Positions 10,570 through 20,169 of a stretch of DNA of 64,000 nucleotides are shown one piece after another. The stretch comes from a bacterium. Lineage in GTDB: Bacteria; SAR324; NAC60-12. Position 1 is the stretch's first letter; each line of letters starts with the position of its first letter. The stretch spans positions 96,001-160,000 of the forward strand of contig CBDBHR010000030.1 of assembly GCA_965205865.1 (NCBI GenBank). The letters run 5' to 3'. The position numbers and the translations under genes are program-made. Below the pieces are notes generated by a model. It had not been told where the DNA came from and searched no databases. It saw nothing but the letters and a program-made list of their open reading frames with translations.

Positions 10570-11746
10570 ATGAGAGCGTATATCATCCGGCGCTTACTGC
10601 TGATCGTCCCGACCCTGTTCATCTTGAGCATCCTGGTCTTTCTCTCGGTGCGCTTCATCCCGGGAGATGCCATAGACGCAATGTTGGGTAAGTCCGAATT
10701 CATGGCCGCGGAGGTGGACCGTGACGCGCTCGAGCGCATGCTCGGACTGGATGTGCCCGTCCACGTGCAGTATGGACGCTGGATTGGAGACATCCTCCGG
10801 CACGGCAGCCTCGGCCACTCACTGATTGGCAACCGTGGAGCGGTGGAGGAGAAGATCATCGAAAGGCTGCCGGTGACCATCGAGCTCGGTGTGCTGGCAA
10901 TCTTCATCGGGCTGGCGATCGCGCTGCCGGTCGGCATTTACTCGGCGATGCGCCAGGATACCGCCGCCGACTACGCGGGGCGCTCAGTCGCCATCCTCGG
11001 GCTGGCCACGCCCAACTTCTGGCTGGCAACCATGGTGGTGCTCTACCCGGCCCTTCGGGGCTCGTATTTCCTTAGTGGTGGGTCTGGCCGCAACCACGCT
11101 CAATGTGTTGGTCGCGCTCCTGGTAGGCGGCACGTCCGGATTCCTTGGGGGGAGAGTGGACCTGGCTGCGCAACGCTTTGTCGATGCCTGGATGGCTTTC
11201 CCGGGGCTGCTGCTCTTGTTAACCATCATGTCGGTCGTGGGGCAGGGCTTGCTCCAGATCATCGTGGTCCTGGGGATCGCTGGCGGCACCGGGGGCTCCC
11301 GAGTCGTGCGAGGGGCGGTGATCGGCATCAAAGAGAATGACTATTTTCTAGTAGCCTGGGCCGTGGGCACCCCCACGAGCCAAATCCTGACCCGCCATGT
11401 GCTGCCCAATATCATGGCACCGATCATCATCATCTTCTCAATCAATATCGGCGGGGTCATCATTGCCGAAGCCTCGCTGAGCTTCCTGGGATTCGGGCTG
11501 CCCATCAAGGTTCCCAGCTGGGAAGGGATGCTCAGCCGCGAAGGGCGCCGCTTCATGGAGCAAGCCCCCTGGCTGGCCTTCTGGCCGGGGCTTTTCCTCA
11601 CGATTGTCGTCTACTCCCTCAACATGTTCGGCGACGCCCTCAGGGACCTGCTCGGCCCCCGACTGAAGGGCGGTCAGGGCAGCTACGGCGCCGCAAAGAA
11701 ACGCAAACGAGGCCTCCTCGCCCGACTGATCAACCCCATTGGTTAA
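10570..11746 (+). pseudogene. Out-of-frame dppB'-'dppC deletion fusion
   Basis: DppB N-terminal half (MRAYIIRR...PNFWLATMVVLYPA) joined at ~11050 to the DppC C-terminal two-thirds (GARISLVVG...EASLSFLGFG). Confidence 0.88.
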
Positions 11747-11850
11747 CGCTGTCTCTCGGAGGCGGACGAATGCTCTGACGATATAAACACTCATTTTATT
11801 GGTCTGGGCCGAATTAAGAACATTTGCCGCCTGCAAGGCTCCATGACGCG
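11747..11850 (-). pseudogene. ORF6N-domain DNA-binding protein fragment
   Basis: HGALQAANVLNSAQTNKMSVYIVRAFVRLRE resembles the ORF6N-family C-terminal motif. Confidence 0.6.
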
Positions 11851-12100
11851 CCAGGCAATCCAACGCTTTTTGAAAAAAAGTCAACTCAAGGGGTTGACAT
11901 CTTCCTCCTGAAATTGTATTAGTTGGAAAGTATTTTGGGAAGGCGATAAAATGAAAAAAATCAGCTTCCTGAGCAATCTTGTTGTCATCCCCTCTTCATG
12001 ACTCGTGAGTCGAAAGTTCTCGAGGGTCATCCGAGAAGGCTTCCCACTCGAGGGAGTAAAGAAGGGGGGGAATGATTAATCTGTAATAGGGAGTAATCTT

Positions 12101-12565
12101 ATGAAATCGAAGTTCAAGTTCAAGCGGTTGGATCACATAGGATTAGCAACGGCCGATGCTGAAAGATTCCTCGATTTCTACAGCGGAATCCTCGGCTTTG
12201 AAGTCCGGGAGCGGTGGACGGTGAAAGGCAATGAGCGGTTGAAAGAGGTGGCCAACCTTTCACTCAACGCTCCGAAGGCCGGGGAAGATGGCTCGATCAT
12301 CGAGTTGTTTTCGATCGACCCGGATGCGCCGGCCAATCCCGATTACAAGGAACCTGCCCTGGAGCAGACCGGCTTTCGGCTCCTCGCGCTCGAAGTTGAC
12401 GACATGGACGAAGCGATTGCCTATCTCGAGAGTAAAGGTATCGAAGTCCACTCGGCGCACCCGAGCAATCCGGCTCGCTGGTTCAGGGACCCGGATGGGA
12501 ACCAGATCGTCGTCTTCCCCTCCAGCGTCTATCATATGTACAAGAGACTGGATGAAACCCATTAG
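12101..12565 (+). CDS. VOC/glyoxalase family protein
   Basis: DHIGL...FYSGILGF, IELF, WFRDPDGN. Confidence 0.88.
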   Translation: MKSKFKFKRLDHIGLATADAERFLDFYSGILGFEVRERWTVKGNERLKEVANLSLNAPKAGEDGSIIELFSIDPDAPANPDYKEPALEQTGFRLLALEVDDMDEAIAYLESKGIEVHSAHPSNPARWFRDPDGNQIVVFPSSVYHMYKRLDETH

Positions 12566-12575
12566 AGGAGTTTCT

Positions 12576-13553
12576 ATGACAGGGACCCTGGAACAGCGCT
12601 CCTTCGGGCGTACAGGTGAGACGGTCGGCGTTGTCGGGCTGGGTGGCGCCGCTTTGTATAAGCACTCCTATGAACAAGGGGTAGAAACCGTCAAACATGC
12701 GCTTGATCTGGGTGTTAGCTATTTCGATACCTCTCCCGCTTACGGTAAAGCGGGCGAGGATGGCCGTTGGATAGACAGGTGTAAATCGCAGTTAATCATG
12801 GGTGAGGGGCTTGATGGGACCACGAAACCGCATCTCCTTGCTACAAAGCTAATAGACTATACGACGGTAGAAGACTGTCTCGCCCAAATACAAGACAACC
12901 TACGTGCTCTGCGTCGCGATAGGGTCGACGTACTCCTGGGGCACGACATAGAGAAGGCAAAAGCCTGGATACCCGACGCGCGGGACGATAGCCGGCTTCT
13001 CGACCTGGATGAGGAGTTCGACTACCAGAACGCAACCCTCATTCAGGCGCTTCGTGAAGCAAAGGCGCAGGGGCTGTGCCGTTACATTGGCCTCAGTTCA
13101 AACCAGTCCGCGCCCTTGGCTCAGGTCCTGAACCGGGTAAAACTCGACATGTGCCTGTCGGCTCACGAGTATTCGCTGCTGGCCCGCCGTTCCCCGCAGG
13201 TGATGCTGCCGGTCATTCGTGAGCAGGGGATTGCTTATGTCGTGGGAGGAATTTTCTCCAACGTTGGTCTGGGCGTGTCAAATGAAGCCTCGCCGTTTCA
13301 GCTCGCCCCCAAAGGTCCTCTGGCTCAGGTTGGCGGGATATTCGCGGATGCTCGCCTCCTCGAGTTGGCCCGGGCGACTGGTATTTCGGTCGCAGCATTG
13401 ACGGTTCGCTTTTTGATCGCTAATAAAGAACTGTCGACCATCCTTGTGGGTGCGTCCACACCCGAGGAACTCGAGGAGAGCGTCGTGGCCGCGCAGGCAG
13501 GTCCGCTCCCGTCTGATATTCAGCAAACCCTGGAAGCGCTCACCTCGCCATGA
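12576..13553 (+). CDS. Aldo/keto reductase
   Basis: GAGGAG RBS; RSFGRTG, YFDTSPAYG, LATK, IGLS. Confidence 0.88.
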   Translation: MTGTLEQRSFGRTGETVGVVGLGGAALYKHSYEQGVETVKHALDLGVSYFDTSPAYGKAGEDGRWIDRCKSQLIMGEGLDGTTKPHLLATKLIDYTTVEDCLAQIQDNLRALRRDRVDVLLGHDIEKAKAWIPDARDDSRLLDLDEEFDYQNATLIQALREAKAQGLCRYIGLSSNQSAPLAQVLNRVKLDMCLSAHEYSLLARRSPQVMLPVIREQGIAYVVGGIFSNVGLGVSNEASPFQLAPKGPLAQVGGIFADARLLELARATGISVAALTVRFLIANKELSTILVGASTPEELEESVVAAQAGPLPSDIQQTLEALTSP

Positions 13554-13626
13554 CCTCGTCACTTTCTCTTGACAGACCCATTTTCAAATGTTATCGTCTT
13601 AGGTCATTTTTTATTATGCTATGGGG
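13554..13626 (+). promoter_or_regulatory. Repeated sigma70-type promoter module, copy 3 (best consensus)
   Basis: TTGACA(13569-13574)-17 bp-TATCGT(13592-13597) with extended -10 TG. Confidence 0.65.
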
Positions 13627-13811
13627 CCATTATGATAATTGCTTGATGCTGAAATTCTCGAAGCGAATCCAATGTTCCTCATTGTTCTTTATTTCCGCTT
13701 TTGCTATAGTGCTCCCTTGATACTATGTGAGAAACGAGGTAGACGATGACAGCAGCCCTACAACAAACGTTCAAAAGGCACTCGTGAAAAGGATTGCAAG
13801 GGGGGGAGACT

Positions 13812-15242
13812 ATGCTGGGAAGACAAAGACCATCCGATTTTAAAGAGCTTCATTTTAAGCCATTGCTGGAGGTAGCCGCCCTCCTGCAAAACCGGGACAT
13901 TTCTTCAGTCGAATTGACCCAATCTCTCCTGAAGCGCATTGAATCCCTGGATGGGAGGCAGAAAAGTTATGCCACGGTGATGGCCGAGCAGGCCCTGGCT
14001 GCAGCGGAGCTGGCAGATCAGGAGCTGGCGGAGAGCAAGTATCGGGGTCCTTTACATGGGATCCCTATCGCGGTGAAAGATCTGTGTTTTACGAAGGGGA
14101 TCCGAACGATGGGGGGAACGGCGTTACTGGCCGATCATATTCCCAACGAAGATGCGACTGTCGTGACACGGCTGGCAGAAGCAGGGGCTGTTTTGCTGGG
14201 CAAGCTCAATCTGACTGAAGGAGCCATGGGGGGCTATCATCCTCACTTTGAGATTCCGTTGAATCCCTGGAATCCGGGCGTGTGGTCGGGGGCTTCCTCC
14301 AGCGGATCAGGGGTTGCTACCGCGGCAGGACTGGCCTATGGGACCCTGGGAAGCGACACGGGCGGCTCCATCCGCTTCCCGGCTGCCGCCTGTGGGGTCG
14401 TGGGCTTGAAGCCAACCTGGGGCAGAGTCAGCCGCTATGGAGTTCTGGCCCTGGCAGAGTCGCTGGACCATGTCGGTCCACTGACCCGCAGAACCGCCGA
14501 TGCGGCAGTGATGCTCCAGGCAATCGCCGGTCACGATCCGAAAGACCCTACCTCGCTTCCTGTCCCGGTTCCGGACATGGTGAAAAACCTGAATGCCGGG
14601 GTGAAAGGTGTCCGGATAGGGTTCGATGAACAAGGTCTGGGGCAACACGCCGATGCGGAGTTGACCGAAGCTGTCGCTTCCGGAGTGCGGGTCTTAGAGC
14701 AGCTTGGCGCCGAAGTGATCGAAATTCAGTTCCCCGATGTGGATGAATTTTTACCCGCCTGGCCCACCCTCTGCTCTGCCGAAGCGGTATTAGCCCATGA
14801 AGCGACCTATCCCTCCCGTTGTGATGAGTATGGGCCCTGGTTTCGCGGTTGGCTGGATATGGGAGCAAAGGTCAGTGGCGCAGAGTACGCCAGGGCCAAT
14901 AACCTGAGGGCTGCCTGCAATGGCCGGTTTCGAGAAATCTTTGAGACCATTGATGTGTTGGCTTGTCCCTCGATGCCCGGACCCCCATTTCCGGTGACCC
15001 CTGAAAAGTTATATGGCCCCATGGATGAATATGACCCTTCTTTGCAAAGATTCACCATACCTTTTGATTTCAATGGCACTCCGACACTCTCGGTTCCGTG
15101 TGGGTTCAATCAGGACGGCTTGCCCCTGTCCCTCCAGTTCGTCGGACACCCGCTCAGGGAACCTCTCCTTTGCCAGGTCGGCCATGCCTACGAGCAGGCG
15201 ACGGAATGGCATACCCTGCAACCGAATTTAGAAGAGGGATAG
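13812..15242 (+). CDS. Amidase (amidase signature family)
   Basis: GIPIAVKD, GASSSGS, GSDTGGSIRFPA, GLKPTWG. Confidence 0.93.
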   Translation: MLGRQRPSDFKELHFKPLLEVAALLQNRDISSVELTQSLLKRIESLDGRQKSYATVMAEQALAAAELADQELAESKYRGPLHGIPIAVKDLCFTKGIRTMGGTALLADHIPNEDATVVTRLAEAGAVLLGKLNLTEGAMGGYHPHFEIPLNPWNPGVWSGASSSGSGVATAAGLAYGTLGSDTGGSIRFPAAACGVVGLKPTWGRVSRYGVLALAESLDHVGPLTRRTADAAVMLQAIAGHDPKDPTSLPVPVPDMVKNLNAGVKGVRIGFDEQGLGQHADAELTEAVASGVRVLEQLGAEVIEIQFPDVDEFLPAWPTLCSAEAVLAHEATYPSRCDEYGPWFRGWLDMGAKVSGAEYARANNLRAACNGRFREIFETIDVLACPSMPGPPFPVTPEKLYGPMDEYDPSLQRFTIPFDFNGTPTLSVPCGFNQDGLPLSLQFVGHPLREPLLCQVGHAYEQATEWHTLQPNLEEG

Positions 15243-15269
15243 GCATTGTCTTTTCCAAATAGGCCTTGA

Positions 15270-16145
15270 CCCCTTCTGAGGTATCAACTTCTTCGATACC
15301 GCCGATATCTACGCGCATGAACAGTATGGGGTCTGAGGAAACCCTGGGACGCTGGTTTGCCCAGGGGGATGGAAGGCGCGATGCGATCGTGCTGGCAACC
15401 AAGGTCTACAAGGAGTTCTTGAAGGAGGGACTCCGTCCGGAACCGAATCGGCAATCACCGGCGATAGGCGCGGTGAAGATCCGCCGGCAGGTGGAGTCGT
15501 CGCTGCACCGGCTGCAAACCGACGTCATCGATCTCTATCAAATGCACCACATCGACCGGGAGTGTCCCCTGGGAGGAGACCTGGCAGGCCTTCGATACGC
15601 TGGTGAAACAGGGCAAGATCCACTATGTCGGCTCCTCTAACTTTGCCGGATGGCACATTGCCACGGCCTGTCAGGAGGCCTCCCGGCGTAACCTGATGGG
15701 ACTGGCGAGCGAACAGACCAGGTACAACCTTGCTTGCCGTACACCGGAGTTGGAGGTGATCCCCGCCTGCCGGCATTACGGACTGGGATTGCTAACCTAT
15801 AGTCCGGTGCATGGGGGGGTTCTTGGCGGCATTCTGCAAAAACCTCCGAAAGGCGGACGCCGGGAAAAGTCAAAGTACAAAGAATTTCTGAAAAAACACC
15901 GCAACCAGGTCGAACAGTACGAGGCCCTCTGCAAGAAACTGGGTGAGGAGCCTGCCGTGGTGGCCCAGGCCTGGCTCCTGCGCAATCCGGCGGTGACTTC
16001 CGTCATCATTGGGCCTCGCACCCTGGAGCATTTGGAGAGTTCGATCCGGGCGACCGAGATCACCCTGGATGAAGAGACGCTAAAGCAACTCGATGAGTTC
16101 TGGCCAGGACCGGGAAGTGAAGCCCCGGAAGCTTATGCCTGGTAG
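15270..16145 (+). pseudogene. Aldo/keto reductase, N-terminally truncated and frameshifted
   Basis: NFFDTADIY, VLATKV, IDLYQMH and GKIHYVGSSN are spread over different frames. Confidence 0.85.
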
Positions 16146-16738
16146 TCGGATAAAAACTCTATACAGAGGTCACAGACCCCATGAAACGAACGATCCGTGG
16201 GGTTGGGCACTACCGGATTGGAATGGAGAAGGACGGTGAGATCCGGTTTCCGTATGCTGACTTTATCCCCCAAATCCAAAAGAAAGCCCATGTCCAATCC
16301 CATGATTCGCCCTCGAATGAGGGGCTCTGAGAGGAATCACTGATGATGGATTCGCGAGTTTCCATGGAGCCTCCATAAGAATGATGGGGAAAAAATACTG
16401 ATTATCAAACATAACATATCAGAGGGGAAACAGCAACTAGTGATAGAGGCGACAGCCATTACGAGTAAAAATTGCTTAACATAAATCGGATATTCCCTAA
16501 AAAATAATCGTTGACTTACTGTTCCGGATCTGAGATAAAATTTAAATGACTAATCGGAAAATTGGTAGTCACCCTCTGGAGTGTTGGTGCGTGTTCTCAG
16601 CAAAATTGACCCTCCGGAGTGTTGTTATTTTGCAAATAGACGGCGTTTTCCGGTGCGTTTCCCCCGGTTTTCAGGGTAACAACACTCAAGAGGGAGACCA
16701 TTTGAAATCAAAAAGCGCCTTTTTCCTTATTTGACATC

Positions 16739-16813
16739 ATGAGCGTTATATTTGGGAGTAACTCGCTGGATCGAAGAAGTGTCGTCCCTCTGGGACTAGC
16801 TGAGGAGGAGGAG
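16739..16813 (+). mobile_element. 3' end of an IS200-like Y1 transposase plus REP palindrome
   Basis: ERYIWE* followed by GTCCCTCTGGGAC; near-identical inverted copy at 26817-26889. Confidence 0.7.
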
Positions 16814-16882
16814 GGGTCCTTGGGTGCCCTCTATCTTCCTTCCTGGCTGCTCCATTTCTATAGGATCTTCTTCCTTTAGAAC

Positions 16883-17560
16883 CTACAATAAATGAAATTC
16901 TTTTAGCACGTTTTCAAGAGGCGGGTCGGTGGCGGCCAGTTTGCGTAAAGCAGCAATCAAGTCTTGCAGACGATTGTCTTTTTTGATTTCTTGGACAGCC
17001 TGAGCTACAGCCCGCTCGATCATCGCTTCTTCTTTAGGGACGGCCTCGCGTTCCAGCGTTTCCAGGGTCTCTTCTTTTGCTTTCCGAATAATGGTACGTC
17101 GATCCCAATAAGCAAATCCGATCACTCCCAGGGTCAGGGCCGTAAAAATGCCGGCAATCAGTTGCAACGTATCCATCATCTGTTCAAAGCGTTTATCCAC
17201 TTGTTCAAAGCGCTTATCTACTTGTTCAAAGCGTTTGTTCATATCTTCCCGTAATTCGACAAAGCGCTTGTCCATCTGCTCCGAGCGTTTGTTCATGTCT
17301 TCCTGTAATTCGATAAACCGCTGATCCACCTGTTCAAAGCGTTGATCCACCTGTTCAAAGCGTTGATCGGTGGCTTCCATAAAGAGAGTCAAGGTCGTTT
17401 CCAACCGAATGATGCGCTCTCGATCTTCCTGGGTAAATCCAATGGTGGGTTGTCCATAAACCGGCAGAGCCTGCAGCCCCATGATCCCTGCTCCGAAGAA
17501 CAAGATCCAACATTTTTTCATAACCTCTTTCCCAATCTGAATAGCGACAGTAGGTCCCAT
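16883..17560 (-). CDS. Membrane-anchored coiled-coil protein with DxRFEQV heptad/hendecad repeats
   Basis: GAGGAGG RBS, signal-like N-terminus, tandem DQRFEQV/DKRFEQV, TM segment LIAGIFTALTLGVIGFAYW. Confidence 0.75.
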   Translation of the reverse strand: MGPTVAIQIGKEVMKKCWILFFGAGIMGLQALPVYGQPTIGFTQEDRERIIRLETTLTLFMEATDQRFEQVDQRFEQVDQRFIELQEDMNKRSEQMDKRFVELREDMNKRFEQVDKRFEQVDKRFEQMMDTLQLIAGIFTALTLGVIGFAYWDRRTIIRKAKEETLETLEREAVPKEEAMIERAVAQAVQEIKKDNRLQDLIAALRKLAATDPPLENVLKEFHLL

Positions 17561-17573
17561 ACCTCCTCTTTGT

Positions 17574-17717
17574 GTAACTATTTAGGTGCGAGTTTCCTGG
17601 GTTTGCGGGTATTTTCCTTGGAAAAAGCGCAAAAAATCATTCACTTTTAAGGTATTTTGACGCAATTTAGAGGTTCTGTCGCCCTCTAGCCCAGTGTTTT
17701 AGCACCTAAATAGTTAC
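17574..17717. mobile_element. 144-bp MITE with IS66-type ends
   Basis: Perfect 16-bp TIR GTAACTATTTAGGTGC; 8-bp direct repeat CTCTTTGT at 17566-17573 and 17718-17725. Confidence 0.85.
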
Positions 17718-17790
17718 CTCTTTGTTTAACCTTGATGGTGATTGGCCATTATACCCCTTCTTTCCTGACTCTCCATCCTTTTCTTTCCTC

Positions 17791-17850
17791 TCAAAACTCA
17801 AAATTGAATATCCCCCTGCTTGGTATCATGTGATGAATCGGGGCAGACCA
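17791..17850 (+). pseudogene. Y1/RAYT transposase N-terminal fragment
   Basis: KLKIEYPPAWYHVMNRGR matches the typical R.LRIEYPGAWYHV.NRG start. Confidence 0.7.
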
Positions 17851-17859
17851 GGAAACGGG

Positions 17860-18095
17860 GTCATTCAGGCTTTGATTCAATCCCCGCTCATTTATTTTGA
17901 TGAAACCTCCCTCTTTGAAAACAAACAACGTCATTGGCTTCACTCGGCCTCGAGCAAAAAATTTACTCGATCGTTTGATCCTCTATGAAAAGGAAAGCTT
18001 GTTGTTCATGCATGACTTTCAAGTTCCTTTTGACAACAACCAAGCCGAGAGAGATATCCGCATGGTCAAATTGAAACAGAAAATCTCCGGCGGCA
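17860..18095 (+). pseudogene. IS66 transposase (TnpC) relic with internal deletion
   Basis: YFDETSL...HWLHSAS joined to AKNLLDRL...[23 protein letters not shown]. Confidence 0.85.
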
Positions 18096-18096
18096 T

Positions 18097-18420
18097 GTTT
18101 ACGACGAGCTTGCTCATTCGTGGCGAAGTCTGAAACTAACTGATCCCGTTACGGTGGTGGATAAAACGGGGGTCAGGCGCATAACGTGGTTGGGGACGGA
18201 ACATCAGGAAGGTTAAGCGAGATAAGCAGGGAGACCTCTGCCTTTGGTGAGAGGTAGAGGAGTCAAAACCCTGATAGTACCGTAATGGAGTTGTGTTTGG
18301 CAAGAGGGTAAGGATATTGTGACGCCATCGGGAAACCAGATGGCCAACAGGGAAAACAAACACAAACCCAAGTTGACAAACAGGCTTCATGAAACGCGGA
18401 TACCTGATACGAGGTTGGGA
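18097..18420 (+). mobile_element. Probable group II intron 5' fragment
   Basis: Purine-rich non-coding tract starting GTTTACGACGAGC, with GAGTC..ATAGTACCG and GGTAAGG...GGGAAACC...AACAGGGAAAACAAAC motifs typical of bacterial group II intron ribozyme domains; no RT ORF. Confidence 0.5.
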
Positions 18421-18439
18421 TATATACCGCAATGACAAA

Positions 18440-18820
18440 AGAGGGTTGGCATTGACGAAAGAAATGACGGGGTAAATCGCAATGACGAGGAGGAGTGTGA
18501 CATGAGGGCCTATATCATCAGGCGGTTATTGCTGGTAATCCCCACCTTGTATATATTGAGCATCCTGGTCTTTCTCTCCGTCCGCTTCATCCCGGGCGAC
18601 GTAGTAGACGTAATGGCGGCCAGGTAAGGATTTAGCGGGGGATGGCTTTATTGACCGTGAAGCTCTTGAGCATATGCTGGGATTAGACGTGCCTGCCCAC
18701 CTGTAATATGGACGCCGGATAGAAGTGTTGCCGACTCCTGACCGGGTCACCGGTGAGTCCCACTTCAACGGTATCCTCCAGGGCACCCTTGGCGAATTGA
18801 TACTGCCTGGCCATTGGTCG
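18440..18820 (+). pseudogene. DppA tail plus degraded DppB N-terminus
   Basis: LTKEMTG* then MRAYIIRRLLLVIPTLYILSILVFLSVRFIPGD with stops. Confidence 0.82.
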
Positions 18821-18827
18821 ATAAATG

Positions 18828-18900
18828 CTCTCGTCACTTTCTCTTTACAGACCCATTTTCAAATGTTATCGTCTTGCGTAAATTTTTAATTTTCCTATGT
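18828..18900 (+). promoter_or_regulatory. Repeated sigma70-type promoter module, copy 4
   Basis: TTTACA(18844-18849)-17 bp-TATCGT(18867-18872); about 60 bp upstream of the aminotransferase ATG. Confidence 0.6.
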
Positions 18901-18932
18901 GAACAGAACACCAGTCAAGCAAGGTAAGTTTT

Positions 18933-20168
18933 ATGAACAAATTGAAAAACAAAAAGGATCAAGAGTATGTTCGTCGTGCAAAAGAAGTCATTCCCGGTAC
19001 GATGTATGGCCACATGTCGGTTCAAAGGCAAATGCCGTCAGGGTATCCCCAGTTTTTTGAACGTGCGGAGGATTGTCGATTGTGGGATGTGGACGGGAAT
19101 GAGTATATCGATTTTATGTCTGCGTATGGCCCGATGATCCTGGGATATCAACACCCTGTTGTGGAGGAAGCGGCACGTCGCCAAAGTTCAAAATTAGAGA
19201 TAGCCAGCGGGCCTGCTCCGGTGATGGTGGAATTGGCGGAACAGCTGGTAGAACAGGTTTCTCATGCAAAGTGGGCCATGTTTGTCAAGAATGGCAATGA
19301 TGCGACTACGACCTGCATTACCATTGCCAGAGCGGCAACCCGTCGCAAAGTTATTCTCCTGGCTGAAAATGCTTATCATGGCTCAATGCCCTGGTGCACC
19401 CCAAACAAGAAGGGCGTTGTCGAAGGAGATCGAGCCCATTTGCTCTACTATCAATACAATAATGTAGAAAGCCTCCTTGAAGCAGCAGAGCGAGGGAAAC
19501 AGGATTTGGCGGGAATCGTCGTTTCTGCCTTCAAACACGATACGAGGGTCGATCAAGCAATGCCGACTCTCGAATTTGCAAAAGCGGCACGTCAGCTATG
19601 TGATGCCAATGAGGCGGCCTTGATCCTGGATGACGTCCGGGCGGGTTTGCGTCTGAGCTTGGATGCCAGTTGGACGCTCCTGGGGATTCAGCCGGACCTC
19701 ACAGCCTGGGGAAAAGCGCTGGCCAACGGTTTGAGTCTCTCCGCAGTGACGGGCAATGAAAATTTTCGACAAGCCGCTGCCAGTATCTTCGTCACCGGAT
19801 CCTTTTGGTATCAAGCCTCCCCCATGGCAGCAGCCTTAGCCACGTTAACTTTACTTGAAGAAGCCAAAGCCCCGGAGTATTTGGAAAAAATTGGCCATCA
19901 ATGGCGCCTGGGTTTGTCAGAACAATCCCAGTATCATGGCATCCCGATCCGACAAACCGGGCCTGTGCAAATGCCGATGGTCCTCTTTGATGACGATCCT
20001 GATTTTGAGAAAGGATTTCAATTTTGCCAGGCTGCCTTGGAAAAAGGAGTGTATTTGCACCCCTGGCACAATTGGTTCCTTTCCCTGGCGCACACCAGTG
20101 AAACGATAGAAAAAGCCTTAGAGGCCACCAATCACGCTTTTGAAAAATTAGCGCAAAGCCGGAAGTGA
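18933..20168 (+). CDS. Class III PLP-dependent aminotransferase (HemL/GSAM-like)
   Basis: WDVDGNEYIDF, YHG, LILDDVRAG, PDL...GKALANG. Confidence 0.9.
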   Translation: MNKLKNKKDQEYVRRAKEVIPGTMYGHMSVQRQMPSGYPQFFERAEDCRLWDVDGNEYIDFMSAYGPMILGYQHPVVEEAARRQSSKLEIASGPAPVMVELAEQLVEQVSHAKWAMFVKNGNDATTTCITIARAATRRKVILLAENAYHGSMPWCTPNKKGVVEGDRAHLLYYQYNNVESLLEAAERGKQDLAGIVVSAFKHDTRVDQAMPTLEFAKAARQLCDANEAALILDDVRAGLRLSLDASWTLLGIQPDLTAWGKALANGLSLSAVTGNENFRQAAASIFVTGSFWYQASPMAAALATLTLLEEAKAPEYLEKIGHQWRLGLSEQSQYHGIPIRQTGPVQMPMVLFDDDPDFEKGFQFCQAALEKGVYLHPWHNWFLSLAHTSETIEKALEATNHAFEKLAQSRK

Positions 20169-20169
20169 A

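Noticed and set aside
13812-15242. gatA
   Set aside because: Amidase signature only; no gatB or gatC adjacent, and the context is catabolic
18933-20168. hemL
   Set aside because: HemL-like fold but divergent motifs, duplicated locally and coupled to a DMFase-like gene
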